Part shown: piece after piece, positions 39,355 to 51,562 of the stretch
Position numbering within the stretch: the stretch's first letter is position 1
Layout: each line of letters opens with the position of its first letter
Notes under the pieces: generated by a model
Seen by the model: the letters and a program-made list of their open reading frames with translations, nothing else
What the model was told of the DNA's origin: nothing
Databases searched by the model: none
Source: Aurantimonas sp.
GTDB lineage: Bacteria > Pseudomonadota > Alphaproteobacteria > Rhizobiales > Rhizobiaceae
Direction: 5' to 3'
Assembly (NCBI GenBank): GCA_036252795.1
Contig: DASYHY010000061.1
Span: forward strand, 22,918-86,917
DNA length: 64,000 bases
Position numbers and translations under genes: made by a program

Positions 39355-39778
39355 TATATGGGCCCCTGTACTGCCTGCAAGAAAAAAGGTGCCAGGCTAG
39401 AGCCGCCCCTCGATCACTTGCTACCTGATCCGATCAGGGGGCCGCATGTGCGAAACGCTTCAGCGTCAGGACATCCGAGACGCGGCCCTGACTAAGATGC
39501 AGCAAGGCCTGCGATCTCGTGCTGCGCCAGATCGGTACCCCGGTGAAGGATCTTGAGCTGGCGAGCTACTGCCTCGGTGAGGGGCTCGCTGACGCGGCGC
39601 TCCATCTAGCGGCCCGATCCGTTTCCTGTCGGGTCGACGAGCTTGTCTCCCTGCTTGGGAGCCGAAGTCGGAGCAGGAGGGGTTACCCCTTACTCCGGTT
39701 ATCCCGGACCCGAGGTTGCCCCATCGGGGGCGTATGAAGCCATACTGGCCAGACTTAAGGATGGCCTGCCGAGGCCGA

Positions 39779-40585
39779 TTAGACGCCTCTCAGCACGATC
39801 ACCGTCGGCGTGCGCGGCAAGGTCCTGACCGAGACGGTCAGGCTCGGCTCGTCTCGCATGTCCACGGCAAAGTCCGGCAGCTTGGCGAGAAACCGCTCGA
39901 TCGGGCCGCTGAACCGGTGCATCGGCAGGACGATTGACGAGCGCAGCCTCTCGGTGATCTCGCCGATGCCTTCCTGGCTCATCGTCATGCCGCCGTCGAC
40001 CGGCACCATGACGACGTCGAGCCGCCCGATCTGCGCGTAGTCGGAATCGGTCAGCGTGTGGTGCAGATGGCCGAGATGGCCGATGCACAGGCCCGCGACC
40101 TCGAAGATGAAGATCGAGTTGCCGTCCGCCTCCATGCCGCCGTAGCTGCGGATGTCCGTCGGCACGTTACGCACATACATGTCGTCGACGGTGAGCGCGT
40201 GGCGCGCCGCGCCTCCCTCAGGGTTCCAGCCCCGCAGCACATGCGCGATGGCCGGGTCCGGGAAAGGCGTGTTGTGCGACGAATGCGCCTTGTTCATCGT
40301 CACGATGTCCGGGAGATCCGCGCCGCCATAGCCGGCGAAGTCCGTTGCGACGACAACCCCGCCGGGGCTTTCGATCCGGTAGGTAGCGTGGGTGACGTAG
40401 GTGATGGTCACCTCTTCCGCCATCTGGGCGAGCCGCGTCGGCTCGTCCCGCGCCATCGAAACGAAGGTTGCGCGCGGCAGCGTCTCGGCGACGGCGTGGC
40501 AGGTGCTGGGCACCATCTGGGCAAGGGCCGCGTCCGGCGCGAAGGCGAAGCCGGCGAGCAGCGCGGCGCAGGCGAGACGTCTCAT
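39779..40585 (-). CDS. MBL-fold metallo-hydrolase, exported
   Basis: Signal peptide, NKAHSSH, HLGHLHH, PMH. Confidence 0.85.
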   Translation of the reverse strand: MRRLACAALLAGFAFAPDAALAQMVPSTCHAVAETLPRATFVSMARDEPTRLAQMAEEVTITYVTHATYRIESPGGVVVATDFAGYGGADLPDIVTMNKAHSSHNTPFPDPAIAHVLRGWNPEGGAARHALTVDDMYVRNVPTDIRSYGGMEADGNSIFIFEVAGLCIGHLGHLHHTLTDSDYAQIGRLDVVMVPVDGGMTMSQEGIGEITERLRSSIVLPMHRFSGPIERFLAKLPDFAVDMRDEPSLTVSVRTLPRTPTVIVLRGV

Positions 40586-40618
40586 CGGCAAACTCCCGAA
40601 GTAGCGAGGGCAGGGGCG

Positions 40619-41242
40619 TCAGAGGTCGATGCCCGCCGGGGCCGGTACGGCCGGCGCCACGGGCGCGATCATTCCACGCTCCTTGAGAAAGGGATGGATC
40701 GCGACAGCCGCGCGAAGCTGGCTCTGGGCGAGGCCGAAGCGGCCCTGGCGCATCAGGATGATGGCGCGGCCGGACATCGCCGCGAAATGCTTCGGCTCCA
40801 GCGCGATCGCCTGGTCGACATCGGCGAGCGCCCCGTCGAGATCGTCCTGCAGGAAGCGCACGAAGCCGCGCTGGTTCCAGGCCTCGGCATAGTCGGGCGC
40901 GGCTGCGATGGCCTGGTCCAGAAGGCTGTGGGCTCCGGCGAAGTCGTAGCTCTGCCGCCGTTCCATCGCGCGTTCGAGAAGTTGGCGGGTGGCAAGGTCC
41001 GGGGCCGCCGCCATCCAGTGATGCCAGATGGCGGATTCGGCGGCGCGGCCCTCCGCCTCATCGGCGGCGTTCTTCAGCGCGGCGAAGAGGCGAGCCTCGA
41101 CCTGATGGTTCGGCTCGGAAACGGCCGGCGGCCGCACGCCGGTGCCGGGCGGCACGGTCGTCTCGGCCGAGACCGGAGAGGCCGCCACAAGGACGGTGCC
41201 CGCCCAGAACGCGTATCGGAACAGCGCTGCGCGATATCGCAT
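40619..41242 (-). CDS. Tetratricopeptide repeat protein, exported
   Basis: Signal peptide; TPR repeats AEAWNQRG and AAMSGRA. Confidence 0.85.
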   Translation of the reverse strand: MRYRAALFRYAFWAGTVLVAASPVSAETTVPPGTGVRPPAVSEPNHQVEARLFAALKNAADEAEGRAAESAIWHHWMAAAPDLATRQLLERAMERRQSYDFAGAHSLLDQAIAAAPDYAEAWNQRGFVRFLQDDLDGALADVDQAIALEPKHFAAMSGRAIILMRQGRFGLAQSQLRAAVAIHPFLKERGMIAPVAPAVPAPAGIDL

Positions 41243-41355
41243 GGTCGCGTTCTCCCCTGACCGTCGGCCGGACGTGGCGGCGGGCCGCTGAAGACTGGAG
41301 GCTACCGCCCCGACGGGAGAAGCAAAATCACCATGGCGTCATCGCCCTTCGCCGC

Positions 41356-41859
41356 TCAGCGGCGCGTGCCGCCTGCCGCGACCATCTCCCGCCACCGCGC
41401 CGCGATCGCCGCGCCGCTGTCGGCCGGCTGGGCGGGGAAGGAGAGTTCGCCCTCGTCGATCCGCACGAACGCCTGTTTCGAGCTCGTCCAGATATGCCCG
41501 GCCGGGATGAGCCAGGATGCATCGTCCAGCGTTCCCGCCTTGATGTTGACGCGGCGCGGATCCTCCTCCGTGCGATGCCGGAACCGCACGCCGCATTCGG
41601 GGCAGAAATCGCCGAGCCGCGTCCGCCCGGTCTCGGATATGCGCCGCGTCGTGTGGAACCGGCCCGTCACGGTGACGCTCTGCGGGTCGACGCGCAGGGA
41701 CTCGCCGAAGGCGCTGGAGGTCTGCGTCTGGCACTCGGTGCAGTGACAGAGATAGAAGGCGATCGGCTCGGCATCGATCGCATAGCGCAGGGCGCCGCAC
41801 TGGCAGCCGCCCTCAAGCGGCAGCGCCGGCATCGCCACCGGTCGGATCTCGTCACTCAT
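41356..41859 (-). CDS. GFA/CENP-V family protein
   Basis: GGCQCG, CHCTECQ, FCPECG. Confidence 0.9.
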   Translation of the reverse strand: MSDEIRPVAMPALPLEGGCQCGALRYAIDAEPIAFYLCHCTECQTQTSSAFGESLRVDPQSVTVTGRFHTTRRISETGRTRLGDFCPECGVRFRHRTEEDPRRVNIKAGTLDDASWLIPAGHIWTSSKQAFVRIDEGELSFPAQPADSGAAIAARWREMVAAGGTRR

Positions 41860-41934
41860 GGCTTGCCCCGTTCTGGACGTTTCCGCCGTCCTTTACTATG
41901 ACGGGCACCTTCACGCATACGAGACGGGTTCGCC

Positions 41935-42684
41935 ATGGCCGGCCATTCACAGTTCAAGAACATCATGCATCGCAAGGGCCGCCAGGATGCGGTCCGCTCG
42001 AAGCTGTTCTCCAAGCTCGCGCGCGAGATCACCGTGGCGGCGAAAGCCGGTTTGCCGGATGCGGACATGAACCCGCGCCTGCGGCTCGCCATCGCCAACG
42101 CCAAGGCGCAGTCGATGCCGAAGGACAACATCGAGCGGGCGGTCAAGAAGGCGGCCGGCGGGGATGCCGAGAACTACGAGGAAATCCGCTACGAGGGATA
42201 CGGCCCGGGCGGCGTCGCGGTGATCGTCGAGGCGCTGACCGACAACCGCAACCGCACCGCCTCCAATGTCCGCTCCTATTTCACCAAGTCGGGCGGCGCC
42301 ATGGGCGAGACCGGCTCGGTCGCCTTCATGTTCGACAAGGTCGGCGAGATCATCTATCCGGCCGCAGCCGGCGACGCCGACAAGATCATGGAGGCAGCCA
42401 TCGAGGCGGGTGCCGACGACGTGATGTCGGACGAGAACGGCCACACGATCATCACCGCCTTCGAGGATCTGAACGACGTCTCCTCCGCGCTGGAGCAGTC
42501 GCTGGGCGAGGCCGAGAGCGTGCGGACCATCTGGCGCCCGCAGACCGGCACGCCCGTGGACGAGGAGAAGGCCGTGAGCGTTATGAAGCTCATCGCCAAT
42601 CTCGACGACGACGACGACGTCCAGAACGTCTACGCCAATTTCGAGGTCGACGACGAGGTGATGGCCCGGCTGTCGGCCGCCTGA
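41935..42684 (+). CDS. yebC: YebC/PmpR family protein
   Basis: [31 protein letters not shown]. Confidence 0.96.
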   Translation: MAGHSQFKNIMHRKGRQDAVRSKLFSKLAREITVAAKAGLPDADMNPRLRLAIANAKAQSMPKDNIERAVKKAAGGDAENYEEIRYEGYGPGGVAVIVEALTDNRNRTASNVRSYFTKSGGAMGETGSVAFMFDKVGEIIYPAAAGDADKIMEAAIEAGADDVMSDENGHTIITAFEDLNDVSSALEQSLGEAESVRTIWRPQTGTPVDEEKAVSVMKLIANLDDDDDVQNVYANFEVDDEVMARLSAA

Positions 42685-42697
42685 GGCGACGGCCCGC

Positions 42698-43732
42698 CTA
42701 TCCTTCCGACCGGCGGGCAGCGGCGGCCGGCACGATCGTCTCCGTGACGAGCCGGTGCAGCGCCTCGCGGTGGCCGGTCCAACCGGACGGGCTGTTCGCG
42801 TCGGAGGTGATCACCACGGTCAGGTCGAGTTCCGGCAGGACGTAGACCATCTGTCCGCCATAGCCCCAGCCGTATCGCACGTCGTAGCCGCCGAAGCGCT
42901 CGATGAACCAGCCGTAGCCGTAGCGCCCGGCGTGGAAGCGCGACTGCGTCCGCGGCTCCCAGGAGGCCGCGATCCAGTCTTCCGGGACGATCGCCTCTCC
43001 GTCTTCGTTGCGGCCGCCATTGCGATAGAGTTCGCCGAAGGCCAGCAGCGAGCGCGGCGTCATCGCCATCTGGTTGCCGCCGAGATAGATTCCCTGCGGA
43101 TCGCGCTCCCAGGCGGTGATCGACACCCCCGTGCCGCCGAGCCAGTCGCGCGCCAGTTCCAGCGTGGAGCGGCCGGTCTCGCGGGTCAGGATCGCCGACA
43201 GAAGATGCGTCGAGCCGGTGGAATAGAGCATCGGCCCGCCGGGATCGGCATCGAACGGGCGCGCCAGCGCTGCCCGCACCCAGTCGCGGCTGGCGACCCA
43301 AGTGCCATAGTTCGCGCCGGAGGTGCGGCCGAGCCCGGCCTGCATCGACAGCAGATGGCCGATCGTCACGTCATCCATGCGCGGGTCGGGTTCGGCGGGC
43401 AGCTTGTCGCGCAGGAGCGGCGCGATCTTCTGGTCGACGCCGTCAAGCACGCCTTTGTCGATGGCGATACCGACGAGAGCCGAGATGATCGACTTCGAGG
43501 CCGACTTGATGTTGGTCGACTGCGTGGTGGCATGGCCGCGGAAGCCTTCGTCCACCAGCACCTCGCCGCCCTGCGCCACCAGCAGCGTCTCGACCGGCTC
43601 GAGGCTCCGGGCGCGCTCGATCGCCGGCTGGAAGGAAGGCGTGGCCGCTGCATCCTGCGCGAAGGCGCCGGACGGAGTGAAGATCATCGTGGCGGAGATG
43701 GCGGCGAGGAAGCCGCGTCGGGAAATGCTCAT
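42698..43732 (-). CDS. Serine hydrolase, beta-lactamase class C-like, Tat-exported
   Basis: SRRGFL Tat signal, SASK (SxxK), LYST, GWGYGGQ; start at 43732. Confidence 0.87.
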   Translation of the reverse strand: MSISRRGFLAAISATMIFTPSGAFAQDAAATPSFQPAIERARSLEPVETLLVAQGGEVLVDEGFRGHATTQSTNIKSASKSIISALVGIAIDKGVLDGVDQKIAPLLRDKLPAEPDPRMDDVTIGHLLSMQAGLGRTSGANYGTWVASRDWVRAALARPFDADPGGPMLYSTGSTHLLSAILTRETGRSTLELARDWLGGTGVSITAWERDPQGIYLGGNQMAMTPRSLLAFGELYRNGGRNEDGEAIVPEDWIAASWEPRTQSRFHAGRYGYGWFIERFGGYDVRYGWGYGGQMVYVLPELDLTVVITSDANSPSGWTGHREALHRLVTETIVPAAAARRSEG

Positions 43733-43859
43733 CGCGGGGACATGGGGCCGCCGTCGCCGCGCGGCACCCCGCTCACCGAAAGCTGATCCGGCCCAATCGG
43801 GAGCACGATCCGGTGGATGAGCCGCAAGACATGGCCGCGACGATCCGCGAACGCGCTTC

Positions 43860-43874
43860 GTTTGCCGTTTGTTC
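43860..43874. promoter_or_regulatory. Alphaproteobacterial LexA box upstream of ruvC (one mismatch)
   Basis: GTTT-GCCGTTT-GTTC. Confidence 0.55.
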
Positions 43875-43927
43875 ATGCTTCGTCTTCTCAATGCGCGGAG
43901 ATTCGGGTAGGGGTAAAGGTTAAGAGA

Positions 43928-44452
43928 ATGTTGCAGGAGCGGGTCATTCGTATCATCGGCATCGATCCGGGGCTGAGGAATACCGGCTGGGGCGTCGTCG
44001 AGATCGTCGGCAACTCGCTGCGCTTCGTGGCCAGCGGCACGGTAAAGTCCGACGCCAAGACCGACCTCGCCACCCGCCTGAAGACGCTGCATGACGGATT
44101 GACCGCAGTGATCGGGGCGCACGCGCCGCACGAGGCGGCGGTGGAACAGACCTTCGTCAACAAGGATGCGGTCGCGACGCTGAAGCTCGGCCAGGCACGC
44201 GGCATCGCCATGCTGGTCCCGGCACTGGCGGGGCTTCCGGTGGCGGAATACGCGCCGAACGCGGTCAAGAAGACCGTCATCGGCGTCGGTCACGGCGACA
44301 AGAAGCAGATCCACATGATGGTGAAGGTGCTGATGCCGAAGGCGACCTTCGACAGCGACGACGCGGCCGACGCCATCGCCATCGCCATCTGCCACGGCCA
44401 CCATCGGCAGTCGGCGCAGACGCGGGCAGCCCTGGCGCGAGCCCAGGCGTAA
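43928..44452 (+). CDS. ruvC: Holliday junction resolvase
   Basis: [27 protein letters not shown]. Confidence 0.96.
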   Translation: MLQERVIRIIGIDPGLRNTGWGVVEIVGNSLRFVASGTVKSDAKTDLATRLKTLHDGLTAVIGAHAPHEAAVEQTFVNKDAVATLKLGQARGIAMLVPALAGLPVAEYAPNAVKKTVIGVGHGDKKQIHMMVKVLMPKATFDSDDAADAIAIAICHGHHRQSAQTRAALARAQA

Positions 44453-44506
44453 GCCCTGGATGAAGCCCCGCGCCCGGACCAATGCGCCCGGACGCCGGTG
44501 TCGGGA

Positions 44507-44704
44507 TCAGTCGGCGCTACCCCTGATGTCGGACTGGCGCAGTCCGGGGATCGGCCCGTCGCTGTTCTGTCCCTCGTCGCTCTTAGCCTTTCGCATCGCC
44601 TCGTTGGCTTCCTGTGCTTCCCGGCCGGCCTGCGTTTGCGGCGTCTCGGGGTCCGCGGGGTGCTTCGCGTCCACATGGACCGGGTTCTGCGGCTTGCCGT
44701 TCAT
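44507..44704 (-). CDS. 65-aa hydrophilic hypothetical protein
   Basis: GAAGGG RBS before ATG 44704; fills the gap between ruvC and ruvA. Confidence 0.55.
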   Translation of the reverse strand: MNGKPQNPVHVDAKHPADPETPQTQAGREAQEANEAMRKAKSDEGQNSDGPIPGLRQSDIRGSAD

Positions 44705-44786
44705 CGCCTTGCCCTTCCGGTAGTTCCTTTCACAGGCCAACGCCTGCGCGCCGCCACGCGATCCGTGTCATTCAGCGCGCGCGTCT

Positions 44787-44801
44787 GTTCCTGACTTGTT
44801 C
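44787..44801. promoter_or_regulatory. Perfect alphaproteobacterial LexA box upstream of ruvA
   Basis: GTTC-CTGACTT-GTTC. Confidence 0.8.
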
Positions 44802-44899
44802 CGCTCGGCGTTTTGCGCGATAGGAACGGGGACCCCGCGCCGTTCGCCGCATCGCCGGAACGCTCGACTCTCCCATCCACCAGCCCCGGAGGCGCATCC

Positions 44900-45520
44900 T
44901 TGATCGGCAAGCTGAAGGGGACGATCGACGAGATCGGCGAGGATCACGTCCTGATCGACGTCCACGGCGTCGGCTACGTGGCGTTCTGCGGCGCGCGCAC
45001 GCTGTCGGCGCTGGGCGGTGTCGGCGAAGCCGCGGTCCTGTTCATCGAGACCTATGTCCGCGAGGACATGATCCGGCTCTACGGCTTCGCCAGCGAGACC
45101 GAGCGCGGCTGGTTCCGCCTGCTCCAGAACGTGCAGGGCGTCGGCGCCAAGGTGGCGCTCGCCGTCTTGGGTACGCTCTCGACCGGCGATCTCGCCAATG
45201 CCGTGGCGCTGCAGGACAAGGCGATGGTGGCGCGCGCGCCCGGCGTCGGGCCGAAGGTAGCCGCGCGCATCGTGGCCGAACTGCGGGACAAGGCGCCGGC
45301 GTTTTCCGGCGCGGCCGACGCCGATTCCCTCAGCCTCAAGCGCGGCCTCGGCGAGGGCGTCGCACCGGCGCCGATCGCCGACGCCGTCTCCGCGCTCGTC
45401 AATCTCGGCTATCCGCGCGATCAGGCCGCCGGTGCCGTGGCGGTCGCGGTGAAGGAGGCGGGCGACGACGCCGCGTCCGCGGCGCTCATCCGCCTCGCGC
45501 TGAAGGCGCTGAGCCGGTGA
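44900..45520 (+). CDS. ruvA: Holliday junction branch migration protein
   Basis: TTG start behind GGAGG; [25 protein letters not shown]. Confidence 0.95.
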   Translation: MIGKLKGTIDEIGEDHVLIDVHGVGYVAFCGARTLSALGGVGEAAVLFIETYVREDMIRLYGFASETERGWFRLLQNVQGVGAKVALAVLGTLSTGDLANAVALQDKAMVARAPGVGPKVAARIVAELRDKAPAFSGAADADSLSLKRGLGEGVAPAPIADAVSALVNLGYPRDQAAGAVAVAVKEAGDDAASAALIRLALKALSR

Positions 45521-45566
45521 CCGCGCGCATTGACTTCGCCGCCGCGAGACGCGAAGCGCTCGGGGC

Positions 45567-46610
45567 ATGAGCGACAGCCGCATCATCACGCCGGAGAAGC
45601 GCGGCGAGGACCTCGACACCACGCTGCGCCCGCAGCGCCTCGACGAGTTCGTCGGCCAGGCGGCGGCACGCGCCAACCTCAAGGTGTTCATCGAGGCGGC
45701 GAAGGCGCGAGGCGAGGCGCTGGATCACGTCCTGTTCGTCGGCCCGCCGGGGCTCGGCAAGACGACGCTCGCCCAGATCATGGCGAAGGAGCTGGGCGTC
45801 AACTTCCGCGCCACCTCCGGCCCGGTCATCGCCAAGGCCGGCGATCTCGCCGCCCTGCTCACCAACCTGGAAGAGCGCGACGTCCTGTTCATCGACGAGA
45901 TCCACCGTCTCAGCCCGGCGGTCGAGGAGATCCTCTATCCCGCGATGGAGGATTTCCAGCTCGACCTGATCATCGGCGAGGGGCCGGCGGCGCGCTCGGT
46001 GAAGATCGACCTGTCGAAATTCACCCTCGTCGCCGCGACGACCCGGCTCGGCCTGCTGACGACGCCACTGCGCGACCGCTTCGGCATTCCGGTGCGGCTG
46101 AATTTCTACACGGTCGAGGAACTGGAGCACATCGTCAAGCGCGGCGCCCGGCTGATGGGGCTCGCCATGGCGGAGGAGGGCGCGCGCGAGATCGCCCGCC
46201 GGGCCCGCGGCACGCCGCGGATCGCCGGACGGCTGCTGCGCCGGGTGCGCGACTTCGCCGATGTCGCCGAGGTGCCGGTCGTCGACCGCCGCATCGCCGA
46301 CGAGGCGCTGTCGCGGCTGGAGGTGGACAGTCTCGGCCTCGACCAGCTCGACCGGCGCTATCTGGATCTGATCGCCCTGAACTTCGGCGGCGGCCCGGTC
46401 GGCATCGAGACCATCGCCGCGGCGCTGTCGGAGCCGCGCGACGCGATCGAGGACATCGTCGAGCCCTATCTGCTGCAGCAGGGCTTCCTGCAGCGCACGC
46501 CGCGCGGCCGGCTGCTGACGCAGCGCGCCTTCCAGCATCTTGGGCTGGCGGTGCCGCCGAATTGGCAGGGCTCGCAGGCGAGCCTCTTCGAGGAACCGGG
46601 CGAGGGCTGA
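45567..46610 (+). CDS. ruvB: Holliday junction branch migration helicase
   Basis: [29 protein letters not shown]. Confidence 0.97.
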   Translation: MSDSRIITPEKRGEDLDTTLRPQRLDEFVGQAAARANLKVFIEAAKARGEALDHVLFVGPPGLGKTTLAQIMAKELGVNFRATSGPVIAKAGDLAALLTNLEERDVLFIDEIHRLSPAVEEILYPAMEDFQLDLIIGEGPAARSVKIDLSKFTLVAATTRLGLLTTPLRDRFGIPVRLNFYTVEELEHIVKRGARLMGLAMAEEGAREIARRARGTPRIAGRLLRRVRDFADVAEVPVVDRRIADEALSRLEVDSLGLDQLDRRYLDLIALNFGGGPVGIETIAAALSEPRDAIEDIVEPYLLQQGFLQRTPRGRLLTQRAFQHLGLAVPPNWQGSQASLFEEPGEG

Positions 46611-46614
46611 GGCG

Positions 46615-48042
<1,428 letters not shown>

Positions 48043-48390
48043 CGCGGCTCCTTGAGGTCAGGCTGCAGCAGATATGGCCGCACCCCGCCGCCGCAAGCGC
48101 CGTTCGCCCGATCTTGTGACCACCTGCCCTTGGCGACACGATAGAGCTTCTTCAGCTTCGCGGTGGCGCCGATCGTGAAAAGCGCCGGCTGGTTGCCGTA
48201 GATGGGATCACTGACGGCGTAGAGCCACTGGCGTTCTCAAGTCGGCGGCGAGGCTTGAAAACCTTTCCTTGTGGGCGGGAAGTTACTATGGGCAACAGCC
48301 TGTAACAGCCGCATGACACTGGCCGCCCGTCTCGGCGCCGTTCTCGAAGCGCGGATGGCGGGGCAGAAGCGCGTAACGGGAATCTCGACG

Positions 48391-48861
48391 ATGAGCGAAG
48401 AACTTGCGGGCCGGCTGACCGAATCCGGCCATGCGCTCAGGGTCCGCGTCTATTTCGAGGACACCGACTTTTCCGGCGTCGTCTATCACGCCCGCTACCT
48501 GCATTTCCTCGAGCGCGGCCGCTCGGATTTCCTGCGCCTCAAGGGAATCGGCCACCGCGAACTGCTTTCCGGCGCATTCGGCGCGCCGATGGCCTTTGCC
48601 GTGCGGCACATGGAGATCGACTTCCTGCGGCCGGCCCGCATCGACGACGTGCTGACGGTCGAGACGAGAACGGAGCGCCTCGGCGGCGCGCGTATCATGC
48701 TGTCGCAGCGGATCGTGCGGGAGGACGATCTTCTCGTGGCGGCCAAGGTGAAGGTCGCGGTGATCTCGCCGGACGGCAAGCCGATGCGCATGCCGCTGCG
48801 GGTGATGACGGAACTGGCGCCGGCGGAGACTGGAGCGGCAGGGCCGCTAACCTCCTCTTAA
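48391..48861 (+). CDS. ybgC: Tol-Pal-associated acyl-CoA thioesterase
   Basis: RVYFEDTDFSGVVYHARYL. Confidence 0.93.
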   Translation: MSEELAGRLTESGHALRVRVYFEDTDFSGVVYHARYLHFLERGRSDFLRLKGIGHRELLSGAFGAPMAFAVRHMEIDFLRPARIDDVLTVETRTERLGGARIMLSQRIVREDDLLVAAKVKVAVISPDGKPMRMPLRVMTELAPAETGAAGPLTSS

Positions 48862-48862
48862 C
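48847..48862 (+). promoter_or_regulatory. CtrA box upstream of tolQ
   Basis: CTAA-CCTCCTC-TTAAC (TAA-N7-TTAAC). Confidence 0.6.
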
Positions 48863-49059
48863 CTTACTCGCGGATGAATGTCTCCGGGGCAGTTTGAGAA
48901 GACCGCGCCTTTCTTTCACCGGATTCGCTTGTGAAAGGGCATCAAGGGGTTAGGCGCTCGGACGGATGGCAGGTGCGCTGCTGCGGTCCGATATCGGTGA
49001 GCGGCCGGGCGTCGCCGCAAGCCTTGGCGCCACGGTTCTGAATTTCGAGGATATCTGGG

Positions 49060-49773
49060 ATGAACGGGGAAGTCGTTCAGGGGACTTTGGCGGCCGCCGG
49101 CACGGTGTCGCTCTGGGAACTCTTCTTGCACGCCGGCTTCATCGTCAAGCTGGTGATGATCGGGCTCATCGTCGCCTCGGTCTGGACCTGGGCGATCATC
49201 ATCGACAAGTCGATGCGGTACGCGCGCTTCCGGCGCCAGCTCAACAAGTTCGAGAGCAATTTCTGGTCCGGCCAGTCGCTGGAGGACCTCTACCACAACC
49301 TCTCGGAGCGCAAGACCTCGGGCATGGGGTCGCTGTTCGTCGCGGCGATGCGCGAGTGGAAGAAGTCGTTCGAGAAAGGGGCGCGCTCGCCGATCGGCCT
49401 TCAGGCCCGCATCGAGAAGGCGATGGACGTCACCCTGGCGCGCGAGATGGACGATCTGGAATCACGCCTCGGCTTCCTGGCGACAGTCGGCTCCGCCGCG
49501 CCCTTCATCGGCCTGTTCGGCACGGTGATCGGCATCATGACGTCGTTCCAGGCGATCGCCGGCTCGCAGCAGACGAGCCTTGCCGTCGTGGCGCCGGGCA
49601 TTGCCGAGGCGCTGCTGGCGACCGCGATCGGCCTCGTCGCCGCGATCCCGGCGGTCGTCGCCTACAACAAGCTGTCGGCCGACGCGGGCAAGCTGGGAAT
49701 GCGCCTCGAAGCCTTCGCGGACGAGTTCTCGTCGATCCTGTCGCGTCAGATCGACGAAAAGCTCGCACGCTGA
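49060..49773 (+). CDS. tolQ: Tol-Pal protein TolQ
   Basis: APFIGLFGTVIGIM, PGIAEALLATAIGL. Confidence 0.96.
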   Translation: MNGEVVQGTLAAAGTVSLWELFLHAGFIVKLVMIGLIVASVWTWAIIIDKSMRYARFRRQLNKFESNFWSGQSLEDLYHNLSERKTSGMGSLFVAAMREWKKSFEKGARSPIGLQARIEKAMDVTLAREMDDLESRLGFLATVGSAAPFIGLFGTVIGIMTSFQAIAGSQQTSLAVVAPGIAEALLATAIGLVAAIPAVVAYNKLSADAGKLGMRLEAFADEFSSILSRQIDEKLAR

Positions 49774-49805
49774 CGGCGGAACGGCGTCCGGGAAAGGGCT
49801 GAACG

Positions 49806-50258
49806 ATGGGTATGTCTGCGGGAACAGGTGGCGCGAAGAACTCGCGCCGGGGCCGTCGCCGGCGCGCTCCGCTGAGCGAGATCAACGTCACGCCGATGGT
49901 CGACGTGATGCTCGTCCTCCTGATCATCTTCATGGTCGCCGCGCCGATGCTGACGGTCGGCGTGCCCCTGGAACTGCCGGAGGCGCAGGCCAACGCGCTG
50001 AACGCCGAGACGCAGCCGATCACCATCTCGGTGCGCTCGAACGGAACCGTCTTCCTCAACGAGACCGAGGTCCCCGTAGAGGACGTCGTCGCCCAGCTGC
50101 AGGCGATCGCCACCACCGGCTACAACGAGCGGATCTTCCTGCGCGGCGACCGCGCCACGGATTACGGCACCGTCATGCAGGTGATGGCACGCATCTCGGC
50201 GGCCGGCTTCCGCAATATCGGGCTCGTGACCGATCCCACTGCCGCCACGCCGGCGTGA
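49806..50258 (+). CDS. tolR: Tol-Pal protein TolR
   Basis: EINVTPMVDVMLVLLIIFMVAAP. Confidence 0.96.
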   Translation: MGMSAGTGGAKNSRRGRRRRAPLSEINVTPMVDVMLVLLIIFMVAAPMLTVGVPLELPEAQANALNAETQPITISVRSNGTVFLNETEVPVEDVVAQLQAIATTGYNERIFLRGDRATDYGTVMQVMARISAAGFRNIGLVTDPTAATPA

Positions 50259-50268
50259 TCCGATCGCC

Positions 50269-51336
50269 ATGAAAGCCGGTCTGGTCTTCTCCACTGCGCT
50301 GCATACGGCAGTCCTGACCTGGGGGCTCTGGTCGCTCTCGGCGCCGGACCCGCTGGACGTATCGTCCGTGGAGTCGATGCCGGTGGATCTCGTGTCGATC
50401 GAGGAGTTCTCCGAGGCGGTCGCGGGCGCGAGGGAGGCGCCGCTCGCCGAGACACCTGCGCCGACGCCGACCCAAACCCCCGAGACCCTGCCGATGCCCG
50501 CCGAGAACGTCGGCGACAACGAGGTCGACCTGCCGACGCCGCCGACCCCGGTCGAGCGGCCGCGGCCGGTGGAACAGGCGGCCGCCGCGCAGCCGGCTCC
50601 CGCGCCACCCGAGCCCGCACCGGCGCCCGAACCCGAGCCCGCGCCGGTCGAGATCCCGCCACCGGTCGAGACGCCGCCGGCCGAGACGCCCGCCGACGCG
50701 ACGCCGCCCGAGCCCGTCGAGGCCGATCCCGTCGAGCAGGCGATCGCCGAGGCCGAGGCGGCACCGGCCGTGCCGCCGGCACCTCGAAACGTCCCGGTTC
50801 CGGCGACGAAGCCCGCGCCGCCCCGGCCGGCCGTCGCCGAGACACGCCAGCCGGAGCGCCCGCCGGAACAGCCGCAGCCGACCGAACAGGCCGAGATCCA
50901 GACGCCGGAAGAGAGCGAGTTCGACGCGGACCAGATCGCCGCGCTGCTCAACCGGGAGCAGGCGGCCGGCGGTGGCGCGCGGCGCTCCGAGCAGCAGGCC
51001 GCTCTCGGCACGCAGCGCACCACGGGCGCCACGCTGTCGCAGAGCGAGCTCGATGCGCTGCGCGGGCAGATCCAGCGCTGCTGGTCGCCGCCCGCCGGCG
51101 TCTCGGAGGCCGGCTCGCTGCGGATATCGATCCAGCTTCGCCTCGATCCGTCCGGCGCCCTCGAGACGGTGCCGCAGATCGTCGGTGGCGGGGGCGACGG
51201 CTCGATGGTCGAGCGGATCGCCGGCGAAGCCGCGCTCCGCGCCGTCCGCCGCTGTGCGCCCTACAACCTGCCGGCCGAGAAATACGAGACCTGGGCCGAC
51301 GTCATCGTGAATTTCGATCCCAGTCAGATGTTCTGA
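50269..51336 (+). CDS. tolA: Tol-Pal protein TolA
   Basis: N-terminal TM with HxxxxxW pattern, Pro/Glu-rich linker, C-terminal QIQRCWSPP domain. Confidence 0.9.
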   Translation: MKAGLVFSTALHTAVLTWGLWSLSAPDPLDVSSVESMPVDLVSIEEFSEAVAGAREAPLAETPAPTPTQTPETLPMPAENVGDNEVDLPTPPTPVERPRPVEQAAAAQPAPAPPEPAPAPEPEPAPVEIPPPVETPPAETPADATPPEPVEADPVEQAIAEAEAAPAVPPAPRNVPVPATKPAPPRPAVAETRQPERPPEQPQPTEQAEIQTPEESEFDADQIAALLNREQAAGGGARRSEQQAALGTQRTTGATLSQSELDALRGQIQRCWSPPAGVSEAGSLRISIQLRLDPSGALETVPQIVGGGGDGSMVERIAGEAALRAVRRCAPYNLPAEKYETWADVIVNFDPSQMF

Positions 51337-51562
51337 TGCGGGGCTTCCACGCAACATCCGGGGCGTCGTCGGCGCAAGCTTCGGGCTGCGCCTTGGAAAA
51401 CCCCGATTTGCCTGTACGACCGCGCGTCGGGAGCAGGACAGCGAACGCGGCCTTGCCGTCGTCCGTCGTCACGACACGGCGGCCGGCGAGGGCGGCGACA
51501 CAACACAGGCGGCGGGCCACCAACCGGCATCGCGCCATCCGTCATCAACGGAAGGACCGAAC

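Noticed and set aside
39390-39445. Hairpin-rich stretch that might be a tRNA or attachment site
   Set aside because: No cloverleaf, T-loop or CCA pattern
42698-44482. 594-aa form of the serine hydrolase
   Set aside because: The extension is antisense to ruvC; the Tat signal marks the true start at 43732
50440-50900. Repetitive CCCGAG/CCGCCG-rich DNA in tolA
   Set aside because: Ordinary Pro/Glu/Ala-rich TolA linker, not a repeat array or CRISPR
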